Of a DNA stretch of 34,082 nucleotides, positions 25,899 through 34,082 are shown in pieces. The DNA comes from Candidatus Poseidoniaceae archaeon (GTDB taxonomy: Archaea; Thermoplasmatota; Poseidoniia; Poseidoniales; Poseidoniaceae). Position 1 is the first letter of the stretch; each line of letters begins with the position of its first letter. The stretch is from contig JAPKCL010000002.1 of assembly GCA_028822955.1 (NCBI GenBank), positions 1-34,082 of the forward strand, given 5' to 3'. The translations under genes were made by a program, and so were the position numbers. The notes beneath the pieces were generated by a model. That model was not told the DNA's origin and made no database searches. It saw only the letters and a program-made list of their open reading frames with translations.

Positions 25899-25929
25899 GG
25901 GGAGGGGCAAACGCCCCTCCCCTTTGTCT
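25899..25929 (+). terminator. Perfect 10-bp GC-rich hairpin followed by a T-containing tract, downstream of the giant ORF
   Basis: GGGGAGGGGC-AAAC-GCCCCTCCCC (25899-25922) is followed by TTTGTCT. A second hairpin CTACCTC-CTTC-GAGGTAG lies at 25953-25970. Confidence 0.6.
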
Positions 25930-25984
25930 CCCGCATCTCAGCGATGGGATGACTACCTCCTTCGAGGTAGAGGACCACACGATC

Positions 25985-26049
25985 GCAGGGGGTTTCCGTA
26001 AATGGGGCCTCCTGCCTTCGTCCTTTTTTCTTTCTATTCTTCTACTTTC
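25985..26049 (+). terminator. Hairpin + C/T-rich tract resembling the element at 11815-11875
   Basis: GCAGGGGG-(15 nt)-CCTCCTGC (25985-26015) has an 8-bp stem with one G.U pair. It is followed by CTTCGTCCTTTTTTCTTTCTATTCTTCTACTTTC, which includes T6 at 26024-26029. Confidence 0.4.
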
Positions 26050-26088
26050 AATGAGCGAAGCCTTTCAAGGAGGGTGCTGTTCATAGGT

Positions 26089-26781
26089 ATGAGCGACATG
26101 GAAACAAATACCTCTCAAATTCCAAAAACAACCTGTGTCGTATTTGATTGCGATGGCGTATTGGTTAATGCAGTGAGTTCTTGGAGAACTCTTCACGACC
26201 ACTTCGGTACTGATAATGCACTCAATCTTCAACGTTTTATTCGTGGTGAGATCACTGACGATGAATTCATGCGTTCAGATATTCGAATGTGGAAAGATAT
26301 TCAAGATCCGATTACCCGTGATGAATTGTTTCGCGCTTATTCTGGTGTGAAGTTGATGGAAGGTACAAGGGAAGTTGTTGAAAAACTTCAGGCAAACGGT
26401 GTCTTTGTTGCGATTGTAAGTGCAGGTGTAGACTTATTCGTTGCTTCAATCGCTTCCATGCTCAAAGTCGATGATTGGATTGCAAATGGTTTCGTGTTTA
26501 ATGATGATGACACACTTTCAGATGAAGGAGTCTGTCGTCTCCATGCAATTGGTAAGGGCGAGGTCATACTTCGCTTGTTGGACATGAACGGTCTTGATGC
26601 AAAGAACTGTGTATCTGTGGGGGATTCAGAAATGGATTTATCCATGCATATTGATGGAAGCCGGTTTATTGGTTTCAACCCTACCCGTGAATCTTCAATT
26701 CATGCATTTGAATCTGCTGACATTGATGTGGTACACGGTAAAGATTTACGTGCAATTCTTCCCTACTTGAACATTGAATGA
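26089..26781 (+). CDS. HAD-superfamily hydrolase, subfamily IB (phosphoserine-phosphatase-like)
   Basis: Motif I is VVFDCDGVLV, motif II is VAIVSAG, and the K..GDSEMDLSM motifs III/IV are present. The start is taken at ATG 26089, preceded by AAGGAGGGTG (26067-26076). The ORF-track start at 26002 would translate the pyrimidine-rich terminator-like tract. Confidence 0.82.
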   Translation: MSDMETNTSQIPKTTCVVFDCDGVLVNAVSSWRTLHDHFGTDNALNLQRFIRGEITDDEFMRSDIRMWKDIQDPITRDELFRAYSGVKLMEGTREVVEKLQANGVFVAIVSAGVDLFVASIASMLKVDDWIANGFVFNDDDTLSDEGVCRLHAIGKGEVILRLLDMNGLDAKNCVSVGDSEMDLSMHIDGSRFIGFNPTRESSIHAFESADIDVVHGKDLRAILPYLNIE

Positions 26782-28386
26782 TCAGGCAAACGGAATTGCG
26801 GTTGTGGCATGACTCTTGAGATTTACAATGGTGAGCATACATGGTTTTGGTTGGAACCCGAGCATCCGCTGGTACGATGTTTGATCTTGCCAAGTGCTTG
26901 AACAAATCAATGTCGTTCCTTTGAAATCGACACACGCATGTCCGTGTACGTGACCTGTAACAAAAATATCAGGTACTTCCCGTATTACCAGTCCATCTTC
27001 AGGCTCTGGTGAAAGTGGAGTTTTCCCACCCCATTGAGGGGCTAAGTGCCGACGTCTGAGCATTTGTCGCATTGCTTCGACTGGGTCGGCGTATGTTACG
27101 TTTCGAAGACCTGCTACGAAGTCGTCGATTGATTTACCATGGTAGGCGAGGAGGCGTACACCATGTAACGAGAAATCACACGGGTTTCCAACAAAGGTTG
27201 TTGTATTGTAGTCTTGTTGAATGTCTTTGTCGAATGTCGGTTGTGGTTCTGCTGGGCGAACAGCGTCGTGATTGCCAGGCAACATGACACATTCTACCCA
27301 GTCGGGTAGTAATTCTAAGAGTCGGGCAAATTCTGCATATTGGCCAAAGAGATCTGGAATTGAAAGTTCACTGTCTTGTCCAGGATAAATTCCAACACCG
27401 TCAACACAGTCACCTGATAGTATGAGATATTTGATTGTCTTTGCAAGTGGGTCTGAGTGGAACCAACGAACCATTTTGTGCCATTGTGCTTCTAAAAATG
27501 TCTTCGAACCGACGTGAATATCTGACAGGAATGCAACGCTGATGCCGTGTTCTGCTGATGCTTTTTTGTGACCTGCCTCCATTGGGAAATGAAGGTCATC
27601 AACATAGAACAAATCTCCAGTTTGACTGAATGTCCCTGATACACCTAGTACATCATCAGGCATAAGGCCAGCTTCCAATATTTGTTCTTGGGCTCTGTCT
27701 CGGTCGTCACCTTTGCGTTTGGTAAGTAAACAGGTTAGTTCACCAGTTTCATCTTCTAATCGCCACATGAGGTGGCCATTTTTGGTATAGCGAGGTTCAT
27801 TGACTAATCCAATTGCAACCGCTTTATTTTCATAACCTTGGTAACGACTACTTTCAGCATGAAGCCTTGATATTTCAGTTGGAGTTCGAGGTAGACGCGA
27901 ATTTTGGATAATCATTTTCCGAATACTTTGCAAACGGTCGTTGAAGCATGCTGTGATGTCAGACATTTTCCCTTCGGTTATACTGTTTCCAGTGATGTCA
28001 TAGTGAACCAAAATATCGCTTGGTGCATCCGATGCATTTTCACTAAAATCTGCTGTATTCCAATCTGGTAAATTATTTCGGAATTTCAAGTCGAGTGGTT
28101 CTGGTGTCGCTATTGGCGCAATTGTTCTTCCTAACACAGGTGCTGCTTGTTTGACGGGAGCCACCACTGGTTGTTTGGAACTCATTGCATTACGCTGATT
28201 CCAAATTACCAGCATTGAATCAAGAATGTCAGTAGTAAGAAATCCCTTGTGAAAGCCAACTTCAGAAGCACAATTCAGGACCCCTTCGAGGTTATCCAGT
28301 TCCAACAGTTGAGCACGGATTGCCGAAGTAGGGAGAAATCCGCGTTGCCGTAAGAGTGCAGTCATCTCCTCCTCTGACGCACCCAT
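26782..28386 (-). CDS. DNA polymerase II (PolD) small subunit DP1 (calcineurin-like phosphoesterase / 3'-5' exonuclease)
   Basis: An OB-fold region is followed by the metallophosphoesterase motifs FLSDIHVGS, LILSGDCVDGVGIYPGQ, LPGNHDA and FVTGHVHG, the typical archaeal DP1 layout. The start is taken at ATG 28386, with an alternative at GTG 28419. Confidence 0.92.
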   Translation of the reverse strand: MGASEEEMTALLRQRGFLPTSAIRAQLLELDNLEGVLNCASEVGFHKGFLTTDILDSMLVIWNQRNAMSSKQPVVAPVKQAAPVLGRTIAPIATPEPLDLKFRNNLPDWNTADFSENASDAPSDILVHYDITGNSITEGKMSDITACFNDRLQSIRKMIIQNSRLPRTPTEISRLHAESSRYQGYENKAVAIGLVNEPRYTKNGHLMWRLEDETGELTCLLTKRKGDDRDRAQEQILEAGLMPDDVLGVSGTFSQTGDLFYVDDLHFPMEAGHKKASAEHGISVAFLSDIHVGSKTFLEAQWHKMVRWFHSDPLAKTIKYLILSGDCVDGVGIYPGQDSELSIPDLFGQYAEFARLLELLPDWVECVMLPGNHDAVRPAEPQPTFDKDIQQDYNTTTFVGNPCDFSLHGVRLLAYHGKSIDDFVAGLRNVTYADPVEAMRQMLRRRHLAPQWGGKTPLSPEPEDGLVIREVPDIFVTGHVHGHACVDFKGTTLICSSTWQDQTSYQRMLGFQPKPCMLTIVNLKSHATTAIPFA

Positions 28387-28451
28387 GCATTGGAGGTGAG
28401 GCCTACGCTCCAAAAGCACACCGGTTTGAACGGTTCACTTTTTTCGGCTGT

Positions 28452-29186
28452 TCAATCCCACTGTACTTCGTCATCAAGTGAGGTATCTCGAGTAGGAGGA
28501 GCCCCTTCGCCATCCCAAGCATCGTCTTGCCAAGGTGCTGACTGGCTTGCAGCAGCTTCTCTTTCAGCACGTTCCAATTCAAATTGAATCTTCTCGGATT
28601 CCAGTTCAGCTTTTTGACGTACCATTTCTTTCCGATGCTCTTCAGCCTGAACCATGGCTTCATCCCATCGTTTGATGGTGGATAATAATGCAAAATGAAC
28701 GAATCCGATTTTGTTTTCCGCACGGTTACCACCAATTTGAGTTGATTCTGCATTTGCCCAATTGTTGGATGCAATTCCGACGTATACAAGTCCGACTTTC
28801 TTGTTGGTTCCATCATTTTTTGGTCCTGCAATTCCGGTGATTGAAATCGCAATATCTGCGTTTGCATTCTTTAAGGCACCTTGTGCCATTTGAATCGCTA
28901 CTTCTGCTGAAACAGCCCCTTTCTTTTCAATCGATTCTGATCGAACATCCAATTCCTTAATTTTAGCATCATTCGAATAGGTAATCCATCCCTGATTAAA
29001 CCAAGCAGATGCACCGGCAATGTCGGTGAAAGCACTCGCAAGTAGTCCTCCAGTGCACGATTCAGCAACAGTGATGGTGTGGCCACCTTCTTTGATGCGG
29101 CGTACGAGTCGAGCCGCAGCGGCTTGCACATCTTCATCCATTGGTCCAATGGCATTGTTCTTCAGTTTTGATGTTAACCCAAGCAT
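28452..29186 (-). CDS. pncC: CinA C-terminal domain / PncC-type nicotinamide-nucleotide amidohydrolase with a charged C-terminal extension
   Basis: TITVAESCTGGLLASAFTDIAGAS, ITYSN..K, GAVSAEVA..MA.GA, ISITGIAGP and G.VY(V)GIA are PncC hallmarks. The start is ATG 29186 or, more typically for the family, ATG 29141 (MDEDVQ..). The last about 70 aa form a non-family extension. Confidence 0.82.
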   Translation of the reverse strand: MLGLTSKLKNNAIGPMDEDVQAAAARLVRRIKEGGHTITVAESCTGGLLASAFTDIAGASAWFNQGWITYSNDAKIKELDVRSESIEKKGAVSAEVAIQMAQGALKNANADIAISITGIAGPKNDGTNKKVGLVYVGIASNNWANAESTQIGGNRAENKIGFVHFALLSTIKRWDEAMVQAEEHRKEMVRQKAELESEKIQFELERAEREAAASQSAPWQDDAWDGEGAPPTRDTSLDDEVQWD

Positions 29187-29222
29187 CAATGCCTTCAATA
29201 ACACCTTCTCACAGGGTTGGTT

Positions 29223-29295
29223 GGGTCTGTGGTCTAGTGGTTATGACACCGCCCTTACACGGCGTTGATCGAGGGTTCAAATCCCTCCAGACCCA
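29223..29295 (+). tRNA. tRNA-Val (anticodon UAC)
   Basis: GGGTCTG-TG-GTCT-AGTGGTTA-TGAC-A-CCGCC-CTTACAC-GGCGT-TGATC-GAGGG-TTCAAAT-CCCTC-CAGACCC-A forms a full cloverleaf with a 7-bp acceptor stem and a 5-bp T-stem. The anticodon TAC is flanked by T33 and A37. There is one C.U mismatch at 27:43, and no CCA is encoded. Confidence 0.93.
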
Positions 29296-29604
29296 CTACC
29301 AAAGAAATGAACGTATGTCTTCATTTGTTTCGGCTATGACTTTCGTGATTCCGGAACGACGACGAAACGTTTCAGCCTCAGTTTGAGTTCCATCGATGAC
29401 GATGAGGTGAACTGCTCGTTGCCATAGTCCATCTGAGGGTACTGCGCCCCGATGGTCAACTGCAACAAGAATGTCATCCAATTCTGTAAACATCAACAAT
29501 GATGTTGAGCGCTCAAGTTCACTTGCGGTTAGGAGTAGCCATCGAGCACCATGCATATCGGCCCGTTTGTCTTCCTTCAAATCAGCAAGTGTTACGATTC
29601 TCAT
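29296..29604 (-). CDS. Hypothetical 102-aa protein, apparently co-transcribed with and closely coupled to pelota
   Basis: ATG 29604 lies 11 nt after the pelota stop (29616-29618), with GAGAGGCGAG between them. It is an alpha/beta-looking soluble protein (MRIVTLADL...LVAVDHRG...LIVIDG...). I recognise no family. Confidence 0.55.
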   Translation of the reverse strand: MRIVTLADLKEDKRADMHGARWLLLTASELERSTSLLMFTELDDILVAVDHRGAVPSDGLWQRAVHLIVIDGTQTEAETFRRRSGITKVIAETNEDIRSFLW

Positions 29605-29615
29605 AGTCTCGCCTC

Positions 29616-30680
29616 TCACATTGCATATCTGAGTAATGCAACCACTCCGCCAAGTCCCAAAAGTTGTTGGCCAGCGTCGTGGTCAGTTGAACATTGAACC
29701 AGTTCGGCTCCAATGTCAGATAGTCCATTGGCCCATTCCATCCATGTTTGTTTACCAATTCCTTCATTCTCTGCTCGCAAAAGGTCTGCAGAGATGAGCA
29801 CTGTTTCAATTGCACCTTCATCCATTGCTTTCATCAAGGCCTCGGTACCATAGGCTACTGCGCCATTTGTCGACAACCGTTCCCAAGCCTTTTCGATGAG
29901 AGAAACTTCTCGGGTAATTGCATGTTCACTAAGAAGTTCACCTGCCAATCCTTCACGAAGAATTTCATTGGCTCCTGCCCGCCCTGCCATTGATGTGGCA
30001 ATCGATTTCATCATTCGAGTTTCACCAGCAGTTTTCAAATCACTGAGTAAAGCATCTCGTGCATGCCCAGGCCCACATATGACCAGTGGTGTATTTTCGC
30101 CTAAAGTATCGACAAGAGCAGTGATTACCTTTGAACGAAAGGTTGCAGCGATCCCAGATGAATGACGGAGTTCACCTCTTTTCCCTCCACCTCGCATGGT
30201 CCAAGTGGCGCCTTCTCGCAATCCTCTGGCAGTGACATGGAACAGTACAACTTCATCGGTTTCTACAACAGCGAGAACTACATTTGTTTGACCCGATGCT
30301 TTTTCCGATTGCCGAAGTAAGTCTTTGTCAGAGGATGAAAAGAAATGCAGTGACGTCAGTTCGACATCATCTCGAATTTCTACAATATGGGTGTGATGCA
30401 TTCCAATATCGAAATGTGCTTCTTCAATTGTCCCATGAACGCGAAGATTTTCGTTGAAGGTTTGATATTCAGTAGATTCAATTCGTAATCGAATCCACAT
30501 TTTTTTCCTTTCCGCAGATTTGGCTCTTCCACCTTCTTCACCACCGGTTGTTTGGTCACGTCGTTCCCCAAGCATACCAATATACATGCCTTTTCGAGCG
30601 AGTCGAGCGAGCGTCCACAAATCATCTTCAGTCTCAATTCGGAGACGCCAAAGTTGCGGTTCACGCTTGAGGACTTTCAT
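29616..30680 (-). CDS. pelA: Archaeal Pelota (Dom34 homologue), ribosome rescue / no-go decay factor
   Basis: The 354-aa length and the N-terminal Sm-like domain (LRIETEDDLWTLARLARKG) fit the family. Central and C-terminal eRF1-like domains are present (VVLAVVE.DE, PGHARD, TREVSLIEKAWERL, AYG...V..A...GAIETVLI). Confidence 0.92.
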   Translation of the reverse strand: MKVLKREPQLWRLRIETEDDLWTLARLARKGMYIGMLGERRDQTTGGEEGGRAKSAERKKMWIRLRIESTEYQTFNENLRVHGTIEEAHFDIGMHHTHIVEIRDDVELTSLHFFSSSDKDLLRQSEKASGQTNVVLAVVETDEVVLFHVTARGLREGATWTMRGGGKRGELRHSSGIAATFRSKVITALVDTLGENTPLVICGPGHARDALLSDLKTAGETRMMKSIATSMAGRAGANEILREGLAGELLSEHAITREVSLIEKAWERLSTNGAVAYGTEALMKAMDEGAIETVLISADLLRAENEGIGKQTWMEWANGLSDIGAELVQCSTDHDAGQQLLGLGGVVALLRYAM

Positions 30681-30685
30681 TCAGT

Positions 30686-32407
30686 TCACCCAAAGACACC
30701 AGTGAGACGTCCTTCCTCGTCCATGTCCATATCGAGTGCAGCAGGCCGCTTTGGCAATCCTGGCATGGTCATCATGTTCCCGAGTATAGCTACAATAAAT
30801 CCTGCACCAGCATTGAGTCTAAATTCACGAACTGGGATTGTAAATCCAACTGGTGCTCCCAACTTCCCAGGGTCATGTGAAAAGGAGTATTGAGTTTTAG
30901 CCATACATACTGGGAGATGGCCGTATCCCCATGACTGTAATTTCGAGAGTTGCTTCATAGCAGAAGTACTGATTTCAACACCTTCTGCTTTGTAGATACG
31001 GGTTGCAATTGAATTCATCTTCTCAAGTACCGGAGTTTCAGAAGTAAACAACGGTGTGAAAGGCCGACCTTTTGCCACATGGTCATGAACCGCAGCAACT
31101 ACTGCCTTGGCTAAATCCTCTCCACCTTTTCCACCATTCGCATGTACCTCTGTCAAAGCCACATATGAGGCACCACTCTTTTGAGCAGCCATCTTGAGAG
31201 CATCCAGTTCTGCATCAGTATCGGAATAGAATCGATTGATAGATACAATGACTGGCATTCCAAATCCAGCCATGTTTTTGATATGACGGTCCAAGTTTCC
31301 TTGTGCACCACGAACAACAGCATCAATGTCTTCCTTTTCCAATTCCTCTTTTGATGGTCGGTAGCCGCCGCGACTTCCAAATGCCCCACCGTGAAGTTTC
31401 ATCGATCGGATGGTCACATTCATCACAACACAATCAGGAGCTTTACCAGAGTTTGCTGCTTTGATATGCATGAATTTTTCAGCACCCATGTCTGAACCAA
31501 AACCTGCCTCAGTGACGACAATATCTGCTGCTCCAAGGGCTAAGCGGTCGGCGATAATACTTGAATTCCCATGCGCAATATTGGCAAAGGGGCCACCGTG
31601 AATAAACGCAGGATTTCCTTCGAGAGTTTGAACCAAATTTGGTAGGAATGCATTTCGCAGAAGTAAGGTCATTGAACCAGCAGCACCGATCTCTTCAGCC
31701 TTTACGGGGTTGCCATCTGTTGATTCTCCGATGACAATTTCTCCGATTCGCTTTCGCAGGTCGGCATAATCTTGTGCTAAAACCAGAATGGCCATGACTT
31801 CACTTGCAGCAGTAATGTCAAATCTGTCTTGCCGTGTATTTCCATTTGCTGAACCACCCAATCCAATGATGACATCACGTAGAGAACGGTCATTCATGTC
31901 GATAACTCGCGGCCAAAATACTTTGGTTGGCTCTAGTTTTGATTCATTTCCTTGCTTGATATGATTATCAATTAAGGCAGAGAGAAGATTGTGTGCAGAA
32001 GTGACTGCATGTAAATCACCTGTGAAATGGAGGTTAATATCTTCCATTGGAATCACTTGTGAATGTCCTCCGCCAGCAGCGCCTCCTTTAATTCCAAACA
32101 CCGGACCCATCGAAGGTTCACGAATGACACATGTAGCGCTTTGACCGATGGCACAGAGTGCCTGAGTAAGTCCGATTGTGGTGACGGTTTTTCCTTCACC
32201 AAAAGGTGTTGGATTAACTGAGGTCACTAAGACGAGACTACCCTGGGGCTTGGAAAAACGCTGACTGAGTGCCTCCCAAGTGATTTTTGCCATGCCTCTT
32301 CCCATTGGTACTAATTCGTGGGATGAGATACCTAATTTCCAGGCAATGGCCTCTATTGGTTCCAATGTAGCTGCTCGTGCGATATCCAAATCACTTACCA
32401 TGAGCAT
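30686..32407 (-). CDS. fhs: Formate--tetrahydrofolate ligase (formyl-THF synthetase)
   Basis: The 573-aa length fits. The motifs PTPFGEGKTVTTIGLTQAL, EPSMGPVFGIKGGAAGGG, ITEAGFGSDMGAEKF and MPGLPKRPAA are canonical FTHFS signatures. The stop lies 5 nt before the pelota ATG. Confidence 0.95.
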   Translation of the reverse strand: MLMVSDLDIARAATLEPIEAIAWKLGISSHELVPMGRGMAKITWEALSQRFSKPQGSLVLVTSVNPTPFGEGKTVTTIGLTQALCAIGQSATCVIREPSMGPVFGIKGGAAGGGHSQVIPMEDINLHFTGDLHAVTSAHNLLSALIDNHIKQGNESKLEPTKVFWPRVIDMNDRSLRDVIIGLGGSANGNTRQDRFDITAASEVMAILVLAQDYADLRKRIGEIVIGESTDGNPVKAEEIGAAGSMTLLLRNAFLPNLVQTLEGNPAFIHGGPFANIAHGNSSIIADRLALGAADIVVTEAGFGSDMGAEKFMHIKAANSGKAPDCVVMNVTIRSMKLHGGAFGSRGGYRPSKEELEKEDIDAVVRGAQGNLDRHIKNMAGFGMPVIVSINRFYSDTDAELDALKMAAQKSGASYVALTEVHANGGKGGEDLAKAVVAAVHDHVAKGRPFTPLFTSETPVLEKMNSIATRIYKAEGVEISTSAMKQLSKLQSWGYGHLPVCMAKTQYSFSHDPGKLGAPVGFTIPVREFRLNAGAGFIVAILGNMMTMPGLPKRPAALDMDMDEEGRLTGVFG

Positions 32408-32497
32408 CCTTGCGGCTCGATTTGGCTTTGAACCCCTCGGCTCAGTTAGGGCGGATAAGACGATTTCAGCACCTGTGAAGGTTCACCGTAGTGTCGT

Positions 32498-33964
32498 TCA
32501 GTCGTCTTTCATTGCGCCAAGATATTCAGGCAATTCAATTCCGGCCATCTTAGCCACATCGTGGACAGGAGGTAGGCTTTGCATCAAAGAGGAGATGAAG
32601 TTCGAGGTTGAACCACCTTCACCATTTTTGCCACCGTTACCAGAATCCCAGACTGTAATCTTGTCAATCTTGAGGTTCGCTATTGCTTCGGTTTGGCGCG
32701 CTACTAATCCTTCGACCTTCTCGACCATCAGAAGTGTTGCAACGGCTTTAGGATCTCCACCAGCACTTGCAACAAGTGATTTGTAACCTGCCGCTTTCGC
32801 TTCAAGAACCGCTTGTTGTCCTTCTGCTTCTGCTTTGTACTTTGCAAGTATAGCATCTGCTTGACCTTGAGCGATACGGCGTTGGCGCCCTGCTTCAGCA
32901 TCAGCAGCAATTTCGATTTGCTCTTTAGCAACCTTCTCACGTGCAATGTCAGCAGCACGAAGACGTTCGCTTTCGAGTGAATATTGTGCTTTTTCAATTT
33001 GTTCTTGAGCATGGCGCATGGCAACTTCAGAACGTTGACGTGCTTCAGCTTCTCTTTCCGCAAGGACTGCATTTGAGAGAGCAATGTCTGCAAGACTCAA
33101 GTTCACACCTTCGATAGCATTTTTCTGTTGTTCTTGAACAGATATTTCCTCAAGACTTACAGCAGCAGCAATTCCCATTTTGGATTCTGATTCCGCTTCT
33201 TGAACTGCAATTCGTTCAAGTTTCTTCGCTTCTGCCTTTCCAGCAATAGCAGCCGATTCTTGATTTTGAACCTCAATTTCACGGTTTGAATCCGCAGTAG
33301 CAACTTGAATCTGTCCCATTTGAAGCGCTTTAGCACGGTCTCCAGTTGCAGAAGCAATTGCTTCAGCAGCTGCCTTAGCACCAATCGAAACGATATATTC
33401 TGCTTCGTCAGTGATGTCAGTGATGTTAACGTTGATGAGATACAATCCAATCTTGTGCAATTCAGAGTCAACGTTACTGGAAACTTGCTTCAAGAAGACT
33501 TCACGGTCTTGATTGATTTGTTCAATGGTAAGAGTTGCAATTGTCAAACGAAGTTGACCAAAGATAATCTCGCTTGCCATGTCCTCTTGCTGTTGCTGGG
33601 AAAGTCCGAGAAGACGTTCTGCAGCGTTTTGCATGATTGAAGGGTCTGTCGAAATACCAATCGTAAAGGTTGATGGAACGTTAATACGAATGTTTTGCTG
33701 TGACAAAGCATGTTGTAGATCAATTCGAATTGTCATTGGTTTGAGGTCGAGATAAGCATAGTGTTGAATCAAGGGCCAGACAATTTTACCACCACCGTGG
33801 TAACATGCGGCTGCACCGGAGTCTTTGACATTACCATATACGACTAGAATTTTGTCTGAAGGTGCCAATTTGTAACGGCTTGTTGCAATGTAAATTGTTC
33901 CAAAAACTGCCATTGTGAATAAGAATAAACCAATAACTGCTATCGATGTGCCAATGTCTGCCAT
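32498..33964 (-). CDS. Flotillin-like SPFH/band-7 protein (FloT/YuaG type)
   Basis: An N-terminal TM helix (IAVIGLFLFTMAVFGTIYIA) is followed by an SPFH domain (LKPMTIRIDL...TFTIGIS...) and a long Ala/Glu-rich coiled-coil flotillin region. The start is taken at ATG 33964, whereas the ORF track starts 12 codons upstream at 34000. Confidence 0.88.
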   Translation of the reverse strand: MADIGTSIAVIGLFLFTMAVFGTIYIATSRYKLAPSDKILVVYGNVKDSGAAACYHGGGKIVWPLIQHYAYLDLKPMTIRIDLQHALSQQNIRINVPSTFTIGISTDPSIMQNAAERLLGLSQQQQEDMASEIIFGQLRLTIATLTIEQINQDREVFLKQVSSNVDSELHKIGLYLINVNITDITDEAEYIVSIGAKAAAEAIASATGDRAKALQMGQIQVATADSNREIEVQNQESAAIAGKAEAKKLERIAVQEAESESKMGIAAAVSLEEISVQEQQKNAIEGVNLSLADIALSNAVLAEREAEARQRSEVAMRHAQEQIEKAQYSLESERLRAADIAREKVAKEQIEIAADAEAGRQRRIAQGQADAILAKYKAEAEGQQAVLEAKAAGYKSLVASAGGDPKAVATLLMVEKVEGLVARQTEAIANLKIDKITVWDSGNGGKNGEGGSTSNFISSLMQSLPPVHDVAKMAGIELPEYLGAMKDD

Positions 33965-34033
33965 GATGTCACATACATGGTGTCCTTTAAGAGTCTTCAC
34001 CCGTCGTTTAACGGTTGAAAATTGAGTAGAAAA

Positions 34034-34082
34034 TCATTCTTCTTCAATCACGGATGCTACCGAGAGCGGCTTTACAATCAGT
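34034..34082 (-). CDS. Possible 3' end of an upstream gene (NfeD-like?), partial
   Basis: The minus strand reads ...LIVKPLSVASVIEEE* with a stop at 34034-34036. NfeD genes commonly precede flotillin genes, but only 15 codons are visible, so this is a guess. Confidence 0.2.
   Translation of the reverse strand, partial: LIVKPLSVASVIEEE

Noticed and set aside
26002-26088. N-terminal extension of the HAD gene (MGPPAFVLFSFYSSTFNERSLSRRVLFIG)
   Set aside because: It would translate the hairpin and CT-rich terminator-like tract that follows the giant gene. ATG 26089 has a good AAGGAGGGTG upstream and yields a normal HAD N-terminus.
28403-29155. ORFs 28403..28867(-) and 28898..29155(-)
   Set aside because: They are alternative frames of the PncC/CinA-C gene. 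The 28452..29204 frame carries the AESCTGG and ITGIAGP family motifs.
1157-29295. Genomic island bounded by tRNA-Glu and tRNA-Val and containing the surface module
   Set aside because: No integrase, transposase or recombinase is present, and I could not find a direct repeat of either tRNA 3' half. Housekeeping genes (nob1, tatA, PolD) lie between the tRNAs. An integrative-element call is not supportable from this sequence, although the surface module could still be strain-variable.
32408-32497. Small palindrome GTGAAGGTTCAC in the flotillin-fhs spacer as a terminator or operator
   Set aside because: It has only a 5-bp stem with a 2-nt loop, which cannot form a stable hairpin, and it has no flanking T-tract. 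It is likely chance.
29582-32786. ORFs 29582..29821(-), 29748..29993(+), 29896..30165(+), 30380..30664(-), 30552..30893(+), 31153..31389(-) and 32280..32786(+)
   Set aside because: They are shadows of pelota, fhs and flotillin, all of which are identified by strong family signatures in their own frames.

Overview
This is a 34-kb archaeal chromosomal segment. The archaeal assignment rests on the PolD small subunit, aPelota, a Nob1-type PIN endonuclease, TatA, an archaeal pilin-type signal, and TATA boxes about 27 nt upstream of start codons. It may be a planktonic euryarchaeote (MGII/III-like), but I cannot verify that. The flanks hold compact housekeeping genes. On the left: a pirin 3' end, a membrane protein with a Q/P-repeat tail, tRNA-Glu(UUC), DedA/YqaA, Nob1, TatA and MoaD/SAMP-like. 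On the right: a HAD phosphatase, PolD DP1, PncC/CinA-C, tRNA-Val(UAC), a 102-aa unknown, Pelota, formate-THF ligase and flotillin. The centre (3.2-25.9 kb, all on the + strand) is a cell-surface module. It contains a MacB/LolD-type ABC ATPase, a translationally coupled 1537-aa double-FtsX permease with very large extracytoplasmic domains, a 1012-aa membrane-anchored CARDB/FN3-like protein, and one uninterrupted 13.7-kb ORF (about 4560 aa) built from beta-helix, cadherin-like and Tyr-rich segments. The most unusual observation is at the end of the giant ORF. Its apparent C-terminal anchor (VPSFAP + TM + RR) is followed, in frame and without a stop, by a complete archaeal type IV pilin-like module with a class III signal-peptide-like helix. 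No CRISPR array, integrase, transposase or rRNA is visible. All functional calls come from motif recognition by eye, with no database search.
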